Notes under the pieces: model-generated
The model's input: only the letters and a program-made list of their open reading frames with translations
Told to the model about the DNA's origin: nothing
Database searches by the model: none
Source of the DNA: the human T2T-CHM13v2.0 reference genome, Homo sapiens
DNA: 64,000 bases
Direction: 5' to 3' (one strand)
Assembly: GCF_009914755.1 (NCBI RefSeq)
Contig: NC_060930.1
Position numbers and translations under genes: made by a program
Shown here: positions 42,329 through 58,130 of the stretch, in pieces
How the letters are laid out: each line of letters begins with the position of its first letter
Numbering within the stretch: the stretch's first letter is position 1

Positions 42329-44795
42329 CTAAACTAAATATCAGCATCTTCCAGGTTTTGAAATGTCGTAAGCAATCCTCTCACACCATTAACCACCCAA
42401 GAAACCAAATGGCTATCCCACCCATCATTGTTCACATTTCGTGTGTGATAGGAAAACAAGAATGTTGGGTGCTTTCTTCTAAAACAGTCACTTTGCCACA
42501 ATCAGGACTCCCACTCTTGGATATCTCACAAAACAGGATCAGCAGCTGCCTGTCTTGAATGATTTGCAAATTCTCCTCCTTGGATACAGGGGCTAAGTAA
42601 GGGGATCTCTTGAGATCCTTCCCAGTTCTATGATTCTCAGGGCTTTGTTCACAGTCTTGTCCCAACTACTTCAAACCAAACTTTGCAAGAAGCAAACACA
42701 TCATGGGGCACCTAATCCAAACAGCCCCTCTTAAAGGATCTTCGAGGTCTTAAGCACACTAAACAGCTTCACATCCATAAGTTCATGGACCAAATCCAGG
42801 CCAGAGTGCTCTCTAAATGAGGCTGTTTATTATTTCCCAAGTTTCTGAAGAAACCGTTTTGTGTTAGTATTAATAATAAGCAGCTTAAGTCTGGTAAAAG
42901 AACAGAAATGCATGAAACTTTAATGAAGAAAATGACCCCTTCTGAACATAATCCAGTTCTAAATGTTTCAGTTTGAAGTCCAGCATACAGTATTGAAAAG
43001 TGAGGGCTGCATTTTTATCTTATTTACATTATAAAAAGTATATATTTACATTATATTATACATTATTTTATCTTATTTACATTATCTTATTTACATAATT
43101 TATAATTACATTATAAAAAATGCATTTACTGTAGCATTTCTGACCAATATTTTTCCTATGATCCTTCAGAATAAACACTTAGATTAATTAAATATATAAT
43201 CATTTTCAGATGACCATCTAAGGAGGCAACTAAAATGAAACCACAAAATTTTATACAACAATGTGGGAGAAATTCATTGTCTATAGAAATTTATTAGGAC
43301 AGAATCGTGCATAAAATCTGAACTGGTTACTTTGGGTTTCTTTTATAGGGATACAAAAGAAAATAGAAAATACTTTTTCCTAAAATCCTGAGTTCTCTGT
43401 CAGTAAATTGATCAATCACATTTCTTAAGCATTCATGATATTATATGAGAAGCCTGGTACTGTGTGCTTTGTGAATTTACAGGAAAAAAAAAATTCTTCT
43501 CAAGAAATTTGCAGTGCAAGGTAAAGCAAGATAACCACCAAGATAAGCATCTTTAAATATCTGAGCATGTGCACATATTCACCTGTATAACCTTCTAATT
43601 TACACATCAATCTATAATTTTTAAAAACCCAAAGGGCTAATTTATAAATGTGTTTGGAGAGATAGAAAGCATTTAAAGAAAGTCTTCTACAAAAATTTAT
43701 AATTAGAGAGGCCAAGTGAGAAAACTGTGTTTTACTAGAGACTCCATCCTTTTCCTTGCCAAGTGTAAAGTAAATCGAGCTTCTGGGTCCTCCAGCCATC
43801 TGAATAGGTGGAAACAGAGATCCGAGAATCTAGGTGAAGAAGTAGGGGAGACAGGCATAGAAATGAAAAGACAAAGGGCCTATCTTCAGGGGAGGATCTG
43901 TCTGAGAAGTTTGGAGAGAGACTGGAAAGCGGAAAGTTGAGCACTGCAGGATGGCGGGGGAGGGTAGCAGGTGGCTGCCGTCAGTGTGGTGGGTGCTGAG
44001 AGAAGCAGCAGTGGAGGAAAATGCGTTTCCCTAACTCCTATAATTCCTGAGAGCCCACATACAATCTGACCTTTGAGTACTTCCAAAAGTGACACTGTAC
44101 ACTGACTGGACCACATGGAGCTCTAGTTTAGATTTAAGTTATGAGCCTTTTTCTCCATACTTCTAGTCTCAAGATTACTTGCCAAATAAGACCTTATTTG
44201 ACTTCAATTTTGTGTAAAATGGAAGACATTTTGCACATTTTTGGGAAAATTCAAACACACTTTGATTTCAATGGATAATAATCAAGGAGGAAAATTGCCC
44301 TTTGGCATAGAAAGGTAAATAAAAATACATCTCATGAAGCTGCTAATAATCATCATGGCTTTATTTGCATCATGGATACACAACGATCTAATGAGATTTA
44401 GGAGCCAGAGTTTGAAGCAGAAAGGTGTGGCTTGATTGAGATCACTCATAAAGGGATCAGGAAAAAGGAACAGAAAAGACTGTTCAGCTAAGTAATGTCA
44501 AACTACCCTGCAGGCCATAGACAATTATGGCCTATGGAACTATGTATGGCCTGTGAACTAGAGGGGCATGGCAGCAGAGATGATGAAATCAGTCTTGGCT
44601 GGGCAAAAATCACACGAGGAGTCTTCTAGGGGCACACTATGAGAAGAGATATAGGGAAAATAGAAGGGAATAGTGTTCACAAAATTCCGTGAGACACATA
44701 TCCTACTATTAGCTTATGGATAGTAGAGATACAGCATCATCTTACTAACTGCAATGAACAATACAGTCTCAATAAACTAAAAAATCTTTAGTCTT

Positions 44796-45173
<378 letters not shown>

Positions 45174-45264
45174 TCAAACTCAGTCTGATCAAAACTGAAC
45201 TTATGTTTTTTTTCTTTTAGACATATTCTTCCTCTTTCATTCTCTAGGCAATCTATTCTGAGAC

Positions 45265-45400
45265 TTCTATTATCTCCCATTTTAGAGATGAGAAAATTTA
45301 GCCTTAGAGAAGTTAACTATATCAAGGTCACACTTAGTAAGTGATAAGAGTAATACCAAAGTCTATTTGATTCTAAATATAATATTCTTTCTACTACCTA
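45265..45400 (+). mobile_element. MIR SINE
   Basis: cccattttagagatgagaaaa...agaagttaa...caaggtcaca. Confidence 0.75.
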
Positions 45401-47099
45401 AGTTATAAAACAAACCTACCATCTTTTTATAAAGCTAATAATAATCAGATATGTTTGGTAGAATAATATCCAGTTAAACAGTTGTCTCAAAGTTGCTCTC
45501 CACAGAAGTTAGTAGGAAAAAATAACTTAAAAGTCTTAGAGATTAAGTATACTGGCTTCATGTTTTTAAAATGCGAGGGCTAATCAGAATAAACAGATTA
45601 AGATCAATATAACGGTTTAAGTTATCTACAATTAAATTACATATTCCACTACTTTTCATTTGTTCTCATCTTAAAACCACACCTTTGTTGCTGACACAGC
45701 CTGTAGCAAGCATCTTACAGGTAGGAATGCAGTGCAGATTTGCAATACTTTCCTCTGGAGTACCTTGATTTTCATTAATTACATAGCACAATCTTGCAAA
45801 GTACTGTTTTATAACACCACTATCTAGGATGGGTAAAAACAGGAAAGAAAATTAACTACAACAAAAAATCTGTATCACCATTCAGAGAGAAGCAAAGGAT
45901 GTGACTTTATCATCAACATGTTTACAATAGGATTAAAAGAATAGAAAACAGAAAAGAATTACTAATCTTTTTAAGGTTTTCCTCCTAAAGGCAGATATGA
46001 AAGGAGAAAGTACCAGAGACTTGGGGCACAGCCTCTAGGAAAGTCAGAAGATTCAGAGGAGAGGAAAGAATAATGCAGATACTTTCCTCAATTTCCTTTG
46101 ATGCCTGACATCTAAAAACTCTTTTCAATTCCCCATCTGGAACCCAAGGACCAAAAAGGGATTGCAACTTGTAATGAGTGACTAAATATATTTTACACAA
46201 AAGGTAAGGTCAAGCTGCTGGAAGCCTCTTAAAATCTAAAGGAGAGGGAGAGGGCAGAAGTGCTCCCCACCACTTCTCCCTAACTTCAGTTAGCTGACTG
46301 TTAAAGAGGAACAACAGAGGGCTTTGTGAGGCTGAAAAAAATCCCAACTCTGTAGGATGCCGGTGGGGGGTAGTTTCATAGACTTCTCTGGGCATAAAGC
46401 TGGGAATGTGGTCCTCTGAAGGCACAGGAAACAGAATAACTCTTGAGTATAGAGCAGAATATACCAGAACTAAGAAGGCAGGCCACTGAAAGCAGTTTCC
46501 CGTGTCCTTTTAAATAGTAGAAATTAGTTCATTGGTATGGCCCATTATTAGGACCTTGTTGTTTTCACCACAGCACTATAGGACGTGGGGGCCTATGTAA
46601 TGGCATTAACAAGCTACTCTTTACAAAGATGACAAGAGGAAAGAGTCCGATAGTAACGAGAGGCTAATAACATTTAATGTGATTGAGATGAACAGGTGGG
46701 GAAGACAGTCAGTCATATTTACTGGTATCTACAGCAAGGAGGACAAGACACCAGGGTGGTGGGGGACAAACTGTTTCTTTGAAGATAAAATGGAGGTCAT
46801 CATAAAGCAAATTCCCCAGCTCCTCTCTCCACTCTCAGCCTCCACCCCCACAAACAGAAGTTTATCTCTCTTAGTCTCATCTATTCCTCCTCCTCTCTGG
46901 TCATAGAGATTGGCCATCCTCCTATCTAAAGCTAAACTCTTCCAGCTGAATTCTAGATTGTACCCATTCTTTCCTGTCTGTCAGGGACCTTTCTCCATCA
47001 ATTAACTCCTCTCCTGTATTTTCTACTTCTCCCTTCATATTAATTGCTCCTCCTTAGAAAATAAACAGGCTCAAGTTTCTCCCATTACTGAAAATACCT

Positions 47100-48505
47100 T
47101 TACTTATTTTTGATTATACAAGTAATTCATAAATGCATGAATTAACAAATGCTTGTTAAAAATATTTACATTTAAAGTCTCCTTTGAATATAATTCTCCT
47201 CCTCATCCTCCAACTTTCACCATAGTTATCGCTGTTAGTTATCCCTTTTGTATGCATACTTCCAGACATTTTACATATAGCACAGCTTCATGTCTTTTTA
47301 CCTTTTTAAATAATTGGCTTAATATTCTACGTATTCCTGCGCAATTTGTTCACTCAACAATGTCTCTCACATCAGTAGATCCACCTAATTTTTTATACTC
47401 TAAGTCTGTATAGTATTTCACAGTATAAATGTATCGTTTATTTAACCAATTCTCTGCTGATGAACAACTGGATCCTTTCCAATTACTTGCCATTACAAAC
47501 AGTGCTGGAAGGAACAACAGTCTTTACCATTTCTCTATAGTAGGTATACATTCAGTTTTGATAGATACTGACAATGATGTCCTCTAAAGTGGCCTTGCCA
47601 ATGTATATTCAGACCTGTAACAGAAGAGTTCCTATTTCCTCACTTGCTTTTGATATTATCAAATTTTTATTTTGCCAATTTGATGAAAGAGATATTTCTT
47701 ATTTTAAATTTTCTTTTATCTGATTGTAATGTGATCAAACATTTTCATATTCATATTTTATATTCACGTTAAGCATACTTTTATACGTTTTTTGACCAAT
47801 TATATTTCCTCTTTAGGGAACTGCCTGTTAATGTCCTTTGACTACTTTTGTAGTAGATTTTGAGTCTCTTTCTTATTCTTTGGGAGGAGTTATTTCCATT
47901 TAATCATATTAATCCTCTGCTTATGTTGCATATTTTCTCCCAGATAGTAGCTTACCTTTTAATACTGCTTATAGTGGCCTTTGTTGTCCAAAAATTTTAT
48001 TTTAATTAAGTCAAATTTTTTTCTTCATTTTTTTTGCATTTCATGTCTTCACAGGGCCTTCAGTTCTCCAACATGATAAATGTGTTTTCTGCATTTCCCT
48101 CTATTTATTGTTTTCTTAATTATTTAACTTACATTTTTTAGTAACATGAGTTAGAATCTAACTTTGTTTTTGCTCAGTTAATAACTAATTTCTCCAGTAC
48201 CATTTATTAAATGATCCATTATTCCCTGATACATTTTAAATGCCACTTATATCATTAACTAAGTTCTCATATATACATGGGTCTATTTCTGAGCTAACCA
48301 TTTTATCTCAACAATTTATTTGTTTATTGTCAATAAACAAACTGACAATACAACACTATTTTACTTATCATAGATTTATAATACAGTCTGATATCTGCCA
48401 AGCAAGTCTACCATCTTTGTTCTTTTCCAAAATTATCTTGACTATTCTTGTACATGTTCCTTTCCTTGTGAATTTTAAAATCAGTTTTGTCAAGTCTCAG
48501 TTGCT
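47100..48505 (-). mobile_element. Old L1 (L1ME-like) 3' region
   Basis: Decayed antisense L1: atttaaccaattc..tgatgaaca; ttgccaatttgat; ccagtaccatttattaaa; ttcaaaatt..ttgactattct. Confidence 0.7.
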
Positions 48506-49478
48506 CCTAATTTATTTGACCACAGAAGACATTTTTCAAAGATCAATGTTCAAAAGAACACACTTCAGTGATACACTGACTTAGGCTGTATCTGGCCCAA
48601 GGATTTACTTTGTTTGATCAATATAGTGTTGACCCATTCATGTTTTTTAAAATGTTTGACACTCATCTGAAAGCCAAAAGTAAAGAATAAATGTGCAACA
48701 GGGTGTGTGTATGTGTGTGATAGGGTGTCTCTGTCTTCCCAAATGGCAACAACTGGCTGAGGCCAAGTGGTGACTACTCCCTTCATTTACATGGGCTCTA
48801 AGTCCAAGTTCTCCAGTTTCTGAAATGGGCCCATTTCGATTATGTGTGCTACCTACCTATACTCTAGACTGCCTTTGCCTCTGAGAACACTGCATTATTG
48901 TAATACCATTCTAAATAGTTTCATGTCCCTCAAATTCATCCTCTGTCTACACTGCCACCAGAATGACTTTTCTATACACATATAACTGGGCCTCCACTAT
49001 GATTTAAATTATTTGGCAACTTCCAATTCCTTTTAGGATAAGATCCAATTTTTTCTGTATGCCACATGAGGCTTTCCATAACCTGGAATATTTCTCACAT
49101 GTCATTTCCCATGATTTCCACATTATCCTTTCTCTAGCTGTTTAACCTGTCTACAGTACCCAAAAGATTTCCCACACATTCATTCATATTTCAATTTAAG
49201 TTGTTCTTCCTGTGTAGAAGGCCAAGTCATCTACATCACAAACCTCAGCCTCCATTCTTCTGCCCCAACCAAATTTCTTTTGTCCTCACATTCATTTGCA
49301 TGGAGAACTCCTATATTTCCACATTTCAGACTCAATTCCATTGCTACCTGCTTTTTAAAGCTCTTTCTGACCACTTGCCCCATAACTCTCACCTTCCTAA
49401 GAGAGAATGGAGGCTCTTCTTCTATGTCCCTCTTCCACTCATCATACCTTTCACTAATTTTCTTGTCTATTTGACTCA

Positions 49479-49856
<378 letters not shown>

Positions 49857-51997
49857 TCAGGGTAACTAGAATTTTGTAGGGATTGAAAAAATCTGTGGAA
49901 TGAAGGAAGAGAAGTGTAGAGAGATGAATGAAGGGAGGGAGAGCTTAATAAATCAGTCATTGCCTGCACTCTTGGGGAGCTTAGAGTCATATAGAGTTCT
50001 GCTCATTATTTAAAATAATAGTATAGCCAGCGTGACCAAACAACTAAATCTCCAAAGAGAGAATGGACTTAACTTTCTCCCACATTTTAACAAGCAGTGT
50101 CAACACAATTACATAATTGTTTCTCTGACAAACATAAAAGTTGTGCAAGTAAAGTAAATATCACAGACAAATTATCTCTCTCTAAATTTAAAAGTAAGGT
50201 TTTTAAAGTTATTTTGCCTTGCAGTTGATATAATTTTTATTTTCATTTCCAAAATACTAAAGGAATTTGGTGGAAATAAGTGATCGAATATGCAAATATT
50301 TACTGTGCACATAGGTATTTAGTAGTCTGCAATGTTAAGATAGCCTGCACTCACATAAGACTTAAGGATTCTCCTTGGCAGATATGAACATTCTTTCATA
50401 TTGAAGACCACTCAGCTATACCAGCTTTGTCAAACCCCAAAAGTGATCTCAACAAGATGCCTAAACATTCTTAGATTCTGACTGGTTCCATTTTGGCATT
50501 TTTAGCATCTGTCTAGCAGACTTGTGCATATACATAAAACACACAAAATTCCATTAGTACAACATTAAAGTTTCAAATTTAAACATACAGGAAACTGAGA
50601 AGTTATGGCTCTCATAATAACTGTAACTTACCCATTTTATGTATGCATTATGTGTTAAGTTTAGACACAAAAAGGTTAAGCATTGAGCTGGCATACTCAT
50701 ATATACACAGTCCAAATTCTCATCTTGCTTAGAATATCTACCTTTATTTTAAAAGAACTATACACTAATATAATCTGTTTTCTATATACATAATGGAGAC
50801 AGAAGGAGAGTTGGAACTGAGCCTATTTCATTAAATATTCAGGTGGTTTAAAGTTATTCACACTGCATTAAAAATTGCTATGCATTTTCGGACACTTTTA
50901 GTTCAGAAAATAAAAACAAAAGTATAGAAAGCACCTATTTCCAAAATAAAGGAAGTACGAGATTTTTAAAGTATCTTGAAAATTCTATAATGGTTAAAAG
51001 ACCAAAAAAATTATACCTAATACTCTTACAACATGTTTCCAATTCTATTTATTATTTTATTTTCCCTCCAGATTCTCATTATATATAAATTTTTGAAGGA
51101 ATTCTGTCAGCTTGGAAATAAGAACTCACCTCTTGTGAGGAGCATAATTTGCCTCACATATAAGAAAAAAAGCTTACTTTGTTCTACCACTACTTAACAT
51201 GTTAAGTTCAGAGTCATACATTAAATAATTTCCCTGTGAGCTGAGGCCAAGCACATATATTTCCACCCAGGGGGAAAAGTTTAGAGTCAATGAAAACACA
51301 ACTCAATAATGAAGGTCTTCACACAGGGGGCAGTTAGCCAACATGGTGTGTGGCTCCTACTTGAATGCACAAAAAAGACCTACTAAATCACTTAAGTACT
51401 GGGGCTTTCTTTTGAGTTATAAAGAATCACACAAACTTTGGGCTAGAAGGACCAGTCTGGGTTGTCCTTCTGCTTTCAGGTAGGCCCACCCAAACTATCC
51501 TGGACAGAGGAGAAATTGAACTATATTTACAGCCTGCCAAGAGAATCCACAATTGCTCCTAATAACTCATTCTAGTATTAAATAGCTCTGTCAAGAAATC
51601 TTCCCAATATCTCCAATAAATCCTTTGTGCTGAAATTTAAACCGGAAAACTGGCCCCAATGTGACTTGAACATGTGGTCTCCTAACCTGGAGGTTATATT
51701 GTACCATAAAGATGCATACAATAGGACCAATTCTTTATGTATTTTATAGCAATTTCCCAACAGTTACTGAAGAGTATCTGGGCCAAGAAAGTGCTACATA
51801 TAGAAAATATATGTCCTATTTTGTTACGGTATTTGGAAAATTATCTCATTAATCTGATTTTCTTTCTTTAATTGTGGTCACCATTCTAAGGCCAGCAAAG
51901 CAGCAGATTACAAAAAAAGTGTATTTCTGTATATTGCCACAGAACTGGTCAGTAAGCACTCAAATTGGCTTTCTCACCTTATTAATGAATGATCAAG

Positions 51998-52370
51998 TGA
52001 TACGGTTTGGGTGTGTTCCCACCCAAATCTCATCTTGAATTGTAGTTCCCATAATCCCCACGTGTTGTGGGATGGACCTGTGGGAGGTAAATGAATCATG
52101 GGGGCGGTTACCCCATGCTGTTCTTATGACAGTGAATGAGTTCTCATAAGATCTGATGGTTTTATAAGGGGCTTTTCCCCCTTTGCTTGGCACTTCTCTC
52201 TCCTGCCACCATGTGAAGAAGGACATGTTTGCTTCGCCTTCTGCCATGATTGTAAGTTTTCTGAGGCCTTCCCAGCAAAAGCAGAACTGTGAGTCAATTA
52301 AACCTCTTTCCTTTATAAATTACCCAGTTTTGTGTATTTCTTCACAGCAGTGTGAGAATGGACTAATACA
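51998..52370 (+). mobile_element. Solo THE1 LTR (THE1C/D-like MaLR)
   Basis: tgatacggtttgg...cccacccaaatctcatcttgaattgtag...gactaataca; perfect 5-bp TSD tcaag. Confidence 0.93.
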
Positions 52371-52552
52371 TCAAGTCATGGTTGATCAGCACAACAAATC
52401 TGAATCAGTAAAATTTCACTTTGAATGATTTACTTAGCCTCAAAGAAATGGCTTAAATTTGGCCATGCTGAGAACTGGCCAACCTAGCCATATTAAATTT
52501 ATCCATAAGTTTATATATGTAGTATAATATGTTTCATTAAAATCTCCAATCT

Positions 52553-52682
52553 GGCCTGGCATGGTGTCTCATGCCTGTAATCCCAGCACTTGGGGAGGCC
52601 GAGGCAGTAGGATTGCTTGAGCTCAGGAGTTTGAAACCAGCCTGGGCAACAGAGTGAGACCCTGTCTCTAAAATAATTTTTA
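52553..52682 (+). mobile_element. FLAM-type Alu monomer
   Basis: Left-arm monomer; TSD-like aaaatctccaat / aaaatttccaat. Confidence 0.87.
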
Positions 52683-55154
52683 AAAATTTCCAATAAAAAA
52701 TGTGTTGAAGTTGTATTATTTATTCCCTCAAGCATCTATTTCTTCATGCATTCATAGCAAAAGACATTTATGGTGCCCCTTTTTCCACAGCAATGTTCTA
52801 GGTACAATATAATGGATGCATGTAAAATTCATGTGCTGTCACAGTTCATACGGAGTATACAAGCTAGTGTATACTTGGGTGGGAAGTCCTAAGCACAGAA
52901 TCTTTCTCAACCGCTTGAGGTATCATCAAATCATCTCAGCATAGTGGGTGAGTAACTACCTATGGGGGTATAAGCTGTCTAGTTGTGTTGTCAATGTCCC
53001 TTCGGAGGTTTTGAAGTTATAGCTTGCTAAGTTCAGATACATAAAATGCTCACAATCTTGTCAATGAAGCTTTCCTTCAACAGCAGAAATCCTCTACCTT
53101 TTTTTTCTGGGTCATCCAAAACAGTCTTTCAAAAGCTAAATTTTTTTTTGAGCTAAGGAGCCCCAATATTCAATTTATTCGATTCAGTGAGATGAATGTT
53201 GTCAGTCTAAGCACAGTCAGCACTGTGCCCCTCATAAAAAACTTTACAGCAACTTCAAAATACTAACATGAGTGTGAAATAACAAAATAGATTAATGTGA
53301 TCCAGAAGCGTCCATTTTCTTTCTAAATAAATCAAAAGTTAAAATATAATTATTCTGGTCAACAAAGCCATTATGGATTATTCCATAATTATATCAAGTT
53401 TTCTAAGGCAAGTAATAGTTTCCTTTTCACTGCCTGTGAGTCCCCATGAAATCACCTTGCAGTGCTTCACACAAAAATCTGGTGCTTACATGTTTGTTTA
53501 TTGCACTGCTGCTTTTTCCCTGAGAGCTGCAAAATCCAAATTGGTCTTACTTCCATAAGACCATAATTATTGCACTATGGAATCAATCACTCTGAAAAGC
53601 TGATACTGTTTCAAAATGAACCTACTCACAGTGACTATAACTCACAACCAGGCTGAAAAGACACATCAAATTCTGCTATTTTAAAAGCAATTTTTACTCT
53701 ACAATTATGCATTGATAAAATATTTGATAATAATAATTTTTTAAATGGTTAGGCTCAATTCTTCACCAAGATTCACTTCTATTTTTCTGATTTTATTGCC
53801 ACACTAATCCTTTGATTTGCATTTCTCATAATTATTTTTATTTAACTGATTATAGAAATAGTATATGTTCTTTGTCAAAAACACATCATGTCATACAGCA
53901 CAAAGTTAAGTACTCCATAATGTTCCACAAAGATAACCCAGGTTAACATATGCTATGTACACTTTTAGATTTTTTTCTGTGTCTATTGCCTATGTGTAAA
54001 GAATTCATTCTTTTTTTCTCTCTCTCTCCCTTAACTCATTCTCTTCCTGGGGACCAACTTTCCTCTACCCCAAGAATGTAAGCATCCCATTCTACCTATG
54101 GTAGTAAAACTGAGAGGAAATAAAAATCAAACATCAGAAAAGTAGTTAAAAGGGCATGCAGTAGCGGGGAAAGAAGTAGGGCCATAGCAGAAAAGAGAGG
54201 TACAAGAAGGAACAGAGCCTTGGGAGCTAATAAGGAGTACCCTGGGAGAACAAAATAAAGGCCCTTTCCGTGAAAAGCCGTTGAAGAGTTACACAGAACA
54301 AAAGGGTCACTACCAGATGGATACCTTCTAACCTCCCTCAATCCTTCTCCACTTAGCAACCAGGAGCCATCTTTGAAAAATACAAATCAGGTCAGTCTCT
54401 GACCAATAATTCATCATACTGATATTCTGATTTTTCAACCTGGTATACTCAGCCATCCATGGATGGTAAAACTGCTTACTTTAATTGTACTGGAGACCTT
54501 GGCACCCCAGGAAAGTTTAAATAATTAAGAATAGAGATAAAGTAAATCAAACCCATACTCTTAATAACATTATAGAATATATTTAAGTGTACTTTTCATA
54601 TCATTGGGCCATTCTAGTTGTTTTATTTAAAGAGTTTGAAATACTTAAAAATATTATGACTTTAATTTAAAACATATAATCAATTCCAGATTTGGGATAT
54701 TAAGTGGTGTAAGTACATTTGATTCAATTTTGGAAATAGCATTAAAATGTTAAGAGAGGCTGATTTACTATGGGTATATGTTTGCTTACTATTTTTTAAG
54801 TTGCTATGTGCTTAAAATGATTTGTTAGGTTTGTAAGTCTGCCCCACAAGGCATTTGAGGTGTTTGAGACAGTCACATACATTACATGTGTAAATGAGGT
54901 TTAAAATGTTTAAGGGAATTTAATTAGCTAAATTAGAATTGTAATTAATTGTTTAGGAAAATTTCAACTGTTAAATTTGAATTAATCAAATGTTAATAGG
55001 GTAACAAATGAAAGAGACTATTCTTATATAATAACTAAATGTAAAAATAGTCTCATAAGATTTGTAGGTTGAAGTAGGTGTTTGAACACACAGCTTTTAT
55101 AGAGACAATATCAATTCGAAACCCAATGTAAGAAGTCCTTTTAAAGATTTATCT

Positions 55155-55240
55155 GGAGGCTAAGGCAGAAGGATTGCTTGAGTACAGGAGTTTGAGAACA
55201 ACCTGGGCAATATACTGAGCCCCTATCTCAAAAAAAATTA
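55155..55240 (+). mobile_element. 5'-truncated Alu monomer fragment
   Basis: ggaggctaaggcagaaggattgcttgag...cctgggcaa...tctcaaaaaaaa. Confidence 0.75.
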
Positions 55241-55404
55241 TCTTGAATAATAAAATACTCAAACTGAAAACAAGATCCACAAAAGCAAGGTGTTTCTCTG
55301 CCTGGCGTACCCCAATGTCTTCAGAGCCAAAAATTGTCTGCACACACACATAGTCAAAAATACGCGTCCACATGGAGTTGTTTATTCAACTTCAGCTTAG
55401 TATC

Positions 55405-55680
55405 TTTTTTCTTTTCTTCTTTTCTCTCTCTCTTTTTTTTTTTTATAGGGTCTTGCCCAGGCTGGAGTGCAGTGGCACCATCATGGCTCACTGCAGCCTC
55501 AACCTCACAGACTCAATTGATCCTCCCACTTCAGCCTCCTAGTAGCTGGGACTACAGGTGCACACCGCCATGCCTGGCTAGTTTTTGTATTTTTGGTAGA
55601 GATGGGGTTTTGCCATGTTGCCCAAGCTAGTCTCAAACTCTTGGACTCAAGTGATCCACTGGCCTCGTCCTCCCAAAGTG
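55405..55680 (-). mobile_element. AluJ missing about 30 nt of its 5' end
   Basis: Reverse Alu ending at cctcccaaagtg. Confidence 0.88.
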
Positions 55681-57839
55681 TGCCTGGTGGAACTTGCTAT
55701 CTTTCTGAAGATCAAATTAGAGCAACCAGTCACAGGAACACTAATGGAAAAAAATCTGTTTTGGACTATTTGTAGATACAAGGAAATTTAAATTTTGAAA
55801 CAAGATTTCCAAGGGACACTGTGGAAAATAAGAACTATAAGTATAGGACTATAAGGATTTGTTCCTTGGCTGGTGATTGCAGATGGATGACAGGAAGAGG
55901 AGAAGTAGGGAGTTAAGCCATAAACTGCAGAGTTAGAAATAAAAGTAGTCAGTCCCAGAGATCCCTCAAGAAGCACATGGGACCATGTGCTACTGAAACC
56001 AAAGCCAGAGGCATGGCCAGTTGCAGGTGGGAACTGGGAAAGGTCAGAATAAGTATAATACAGGCACTTTTAGATTTGGCTATAAGAAGCTTTATGAAAA
56101 TATGTTGATGAGGGGAATTTATAAAATATGAATATAGCACAAATCAAACTGGAGAGAACGGAGCCAATGCAGCAGAGTGCACAGTCACTTCTAAGACATG
56201 AGCTGAGCAGGGAGGAAAGGAATTACAAGGAGCAGTAAGTTAAAAAAAATAGATAAATCTAAAGAAGTAATTGCCTTTTGTTAAAGAAAAAAACAGTTGT
56301 GATATTTGGCTTCCCTTAAAGGTACAGACTGAAGACAGCATTTTATAATGACATCAAAAGAGAGAATGAAGGTGTGGCAGAGATCACATCACATGAGACA
56401 GTGTAGTTTTAAGAAAGAAATGTAAAGCAATTTAATCACCACTACTAGATACCTAAGCAGATAAATAAGCCAATAAACATGTTGAAAGATTTGTTCCTAG
56501 TACTTATATGTATTAAGCAAGCTTCCTGTCCTCATGAGGCTTACATTTTAGTAGAACTAATTAGGACTGGAACTAATATCAAGTTTAAAACAAAATAAAT
56601 GCTGTATATAATATGATTTCACGTGGTGATAACTGTTATAAATAATAAGAAACCAGGGAAAGGAGAGAATCAAAGGATTGTCTAGGATTGTCAAGACATA
56701 AACAAGCAGGTCAGAGAGTTCAAGCTTGGTGTTTCAGGGTGGGGTAGTAGCGATCCCAAAGAAGAAATAGAAGGTAAGGTAGCCTGAGAATCACCATTTC
56801 TGGAAACATCAATCAGTCTTAGACAATGACCTTACAATTACCTCTAATTTCCCCCACATGATGGCAGCCTTGATTCTGAGACTGAAAACTATTAAACTCA
56901 TTTTTCACCCCTAAACATCTCACTGACAGATGGCTGCATGAGGAAGGAGCTGGGATTATGTGTCCTCTCAAGATATTTCTAAATAAATTCGTGTCCTCCG
57001 GACCCAAAATATACAGTGTTTTTCATGACAGTTGACTTCACATAAAAATTTGTGAAATATATTTGGTAGTGAATTAGATATGTAAAGAAGGAACATGAAC
57101 TGGGTGGGAGCAAGATTTAATTGCTTGAAGTACAGGAGATCTGGAAGACAAAAAATAGCTAAGACATATATATTTTTCTCTTCTCTAGCTTGAATTAAAG
57201 TTGTGAGAGTAAGAAGTTAGAGACGCTTTTTTGCATCCTTTCCAAAATTTGAATAAATCATTTGTTCCCTATGTGATTTAATTTGGGAGTCAATCATAAT
57301 CCCCAAAGATACAATCCTTAATACCGTAATGCCAAATGTTGAAATCCTGGAAGATCAAAATCTGGGAAGAATAATTTTAAATATTCTCTAAAAGATATTT
57401 ATTTACATTTTTAAAAGGGAATTTATTTGAGAAACACAAAAACATGACAAAACATTTCATAGGTCATTTTACACAACAGACTAGGCAATAATAACATATT
57501 TTTACAAGTGTAAACCCTCATGTATAACAATGACAGTTGCAGAGTATGAAGTTATGAGCATATGAGCTGTATTCATAAACAAATAGGTCGAAAAGGGAAA
57601 TGTATAAACATATACTACTATGGTTGGCAATTGCATGCACCCAGCTTTATAACTGTGGTCATCTGAAACACCAAAATGAACAACCTAAGACGAAATTGAT
57701 GGAAAACCATGATGGGTCACCCCCATATATTCAGTTATCCAAAGAGCCAAAATCTCGAGAAATTTTATCTTTCACAAATGCAGACGTACAAAATGGACAT
57801 CTCTTCATTTAGAGAGGAAGTTACAATGTTTTTGCATAC

Positions 57840-57895
57840 ATGCACAATGCTTACACACAAAGTCAATATGCACAATGCTTACACACAAAGTCAAT
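57840..57895 (+). repeat. Perfect 28-bp tandem duplication inside the MULE element
   Basis: atgcacaatgcttacacacaaagtcaat twice. Confidence 0.95.
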
Positions 57896-58130
57896 GTGGT
57901 GACAATGCACTTTTGTGAAGTCAAATTTGCAAAAACTGCATACAACAAATGAGAATTCTCTAAAAGTCTCAACACAATTTATAACTCTAGTATTGGAAAT
58001 GATGTGAAGATGAAATACATAGCATAATTAATTGGAAAAAAATAATGCCGACAATTTTAAATAGTTAAAAAAACTATAAAAAGTAAATAAAACCCAAATC
58101 CAAAAAGAAAATTCAACATGAAAAAGTGTA

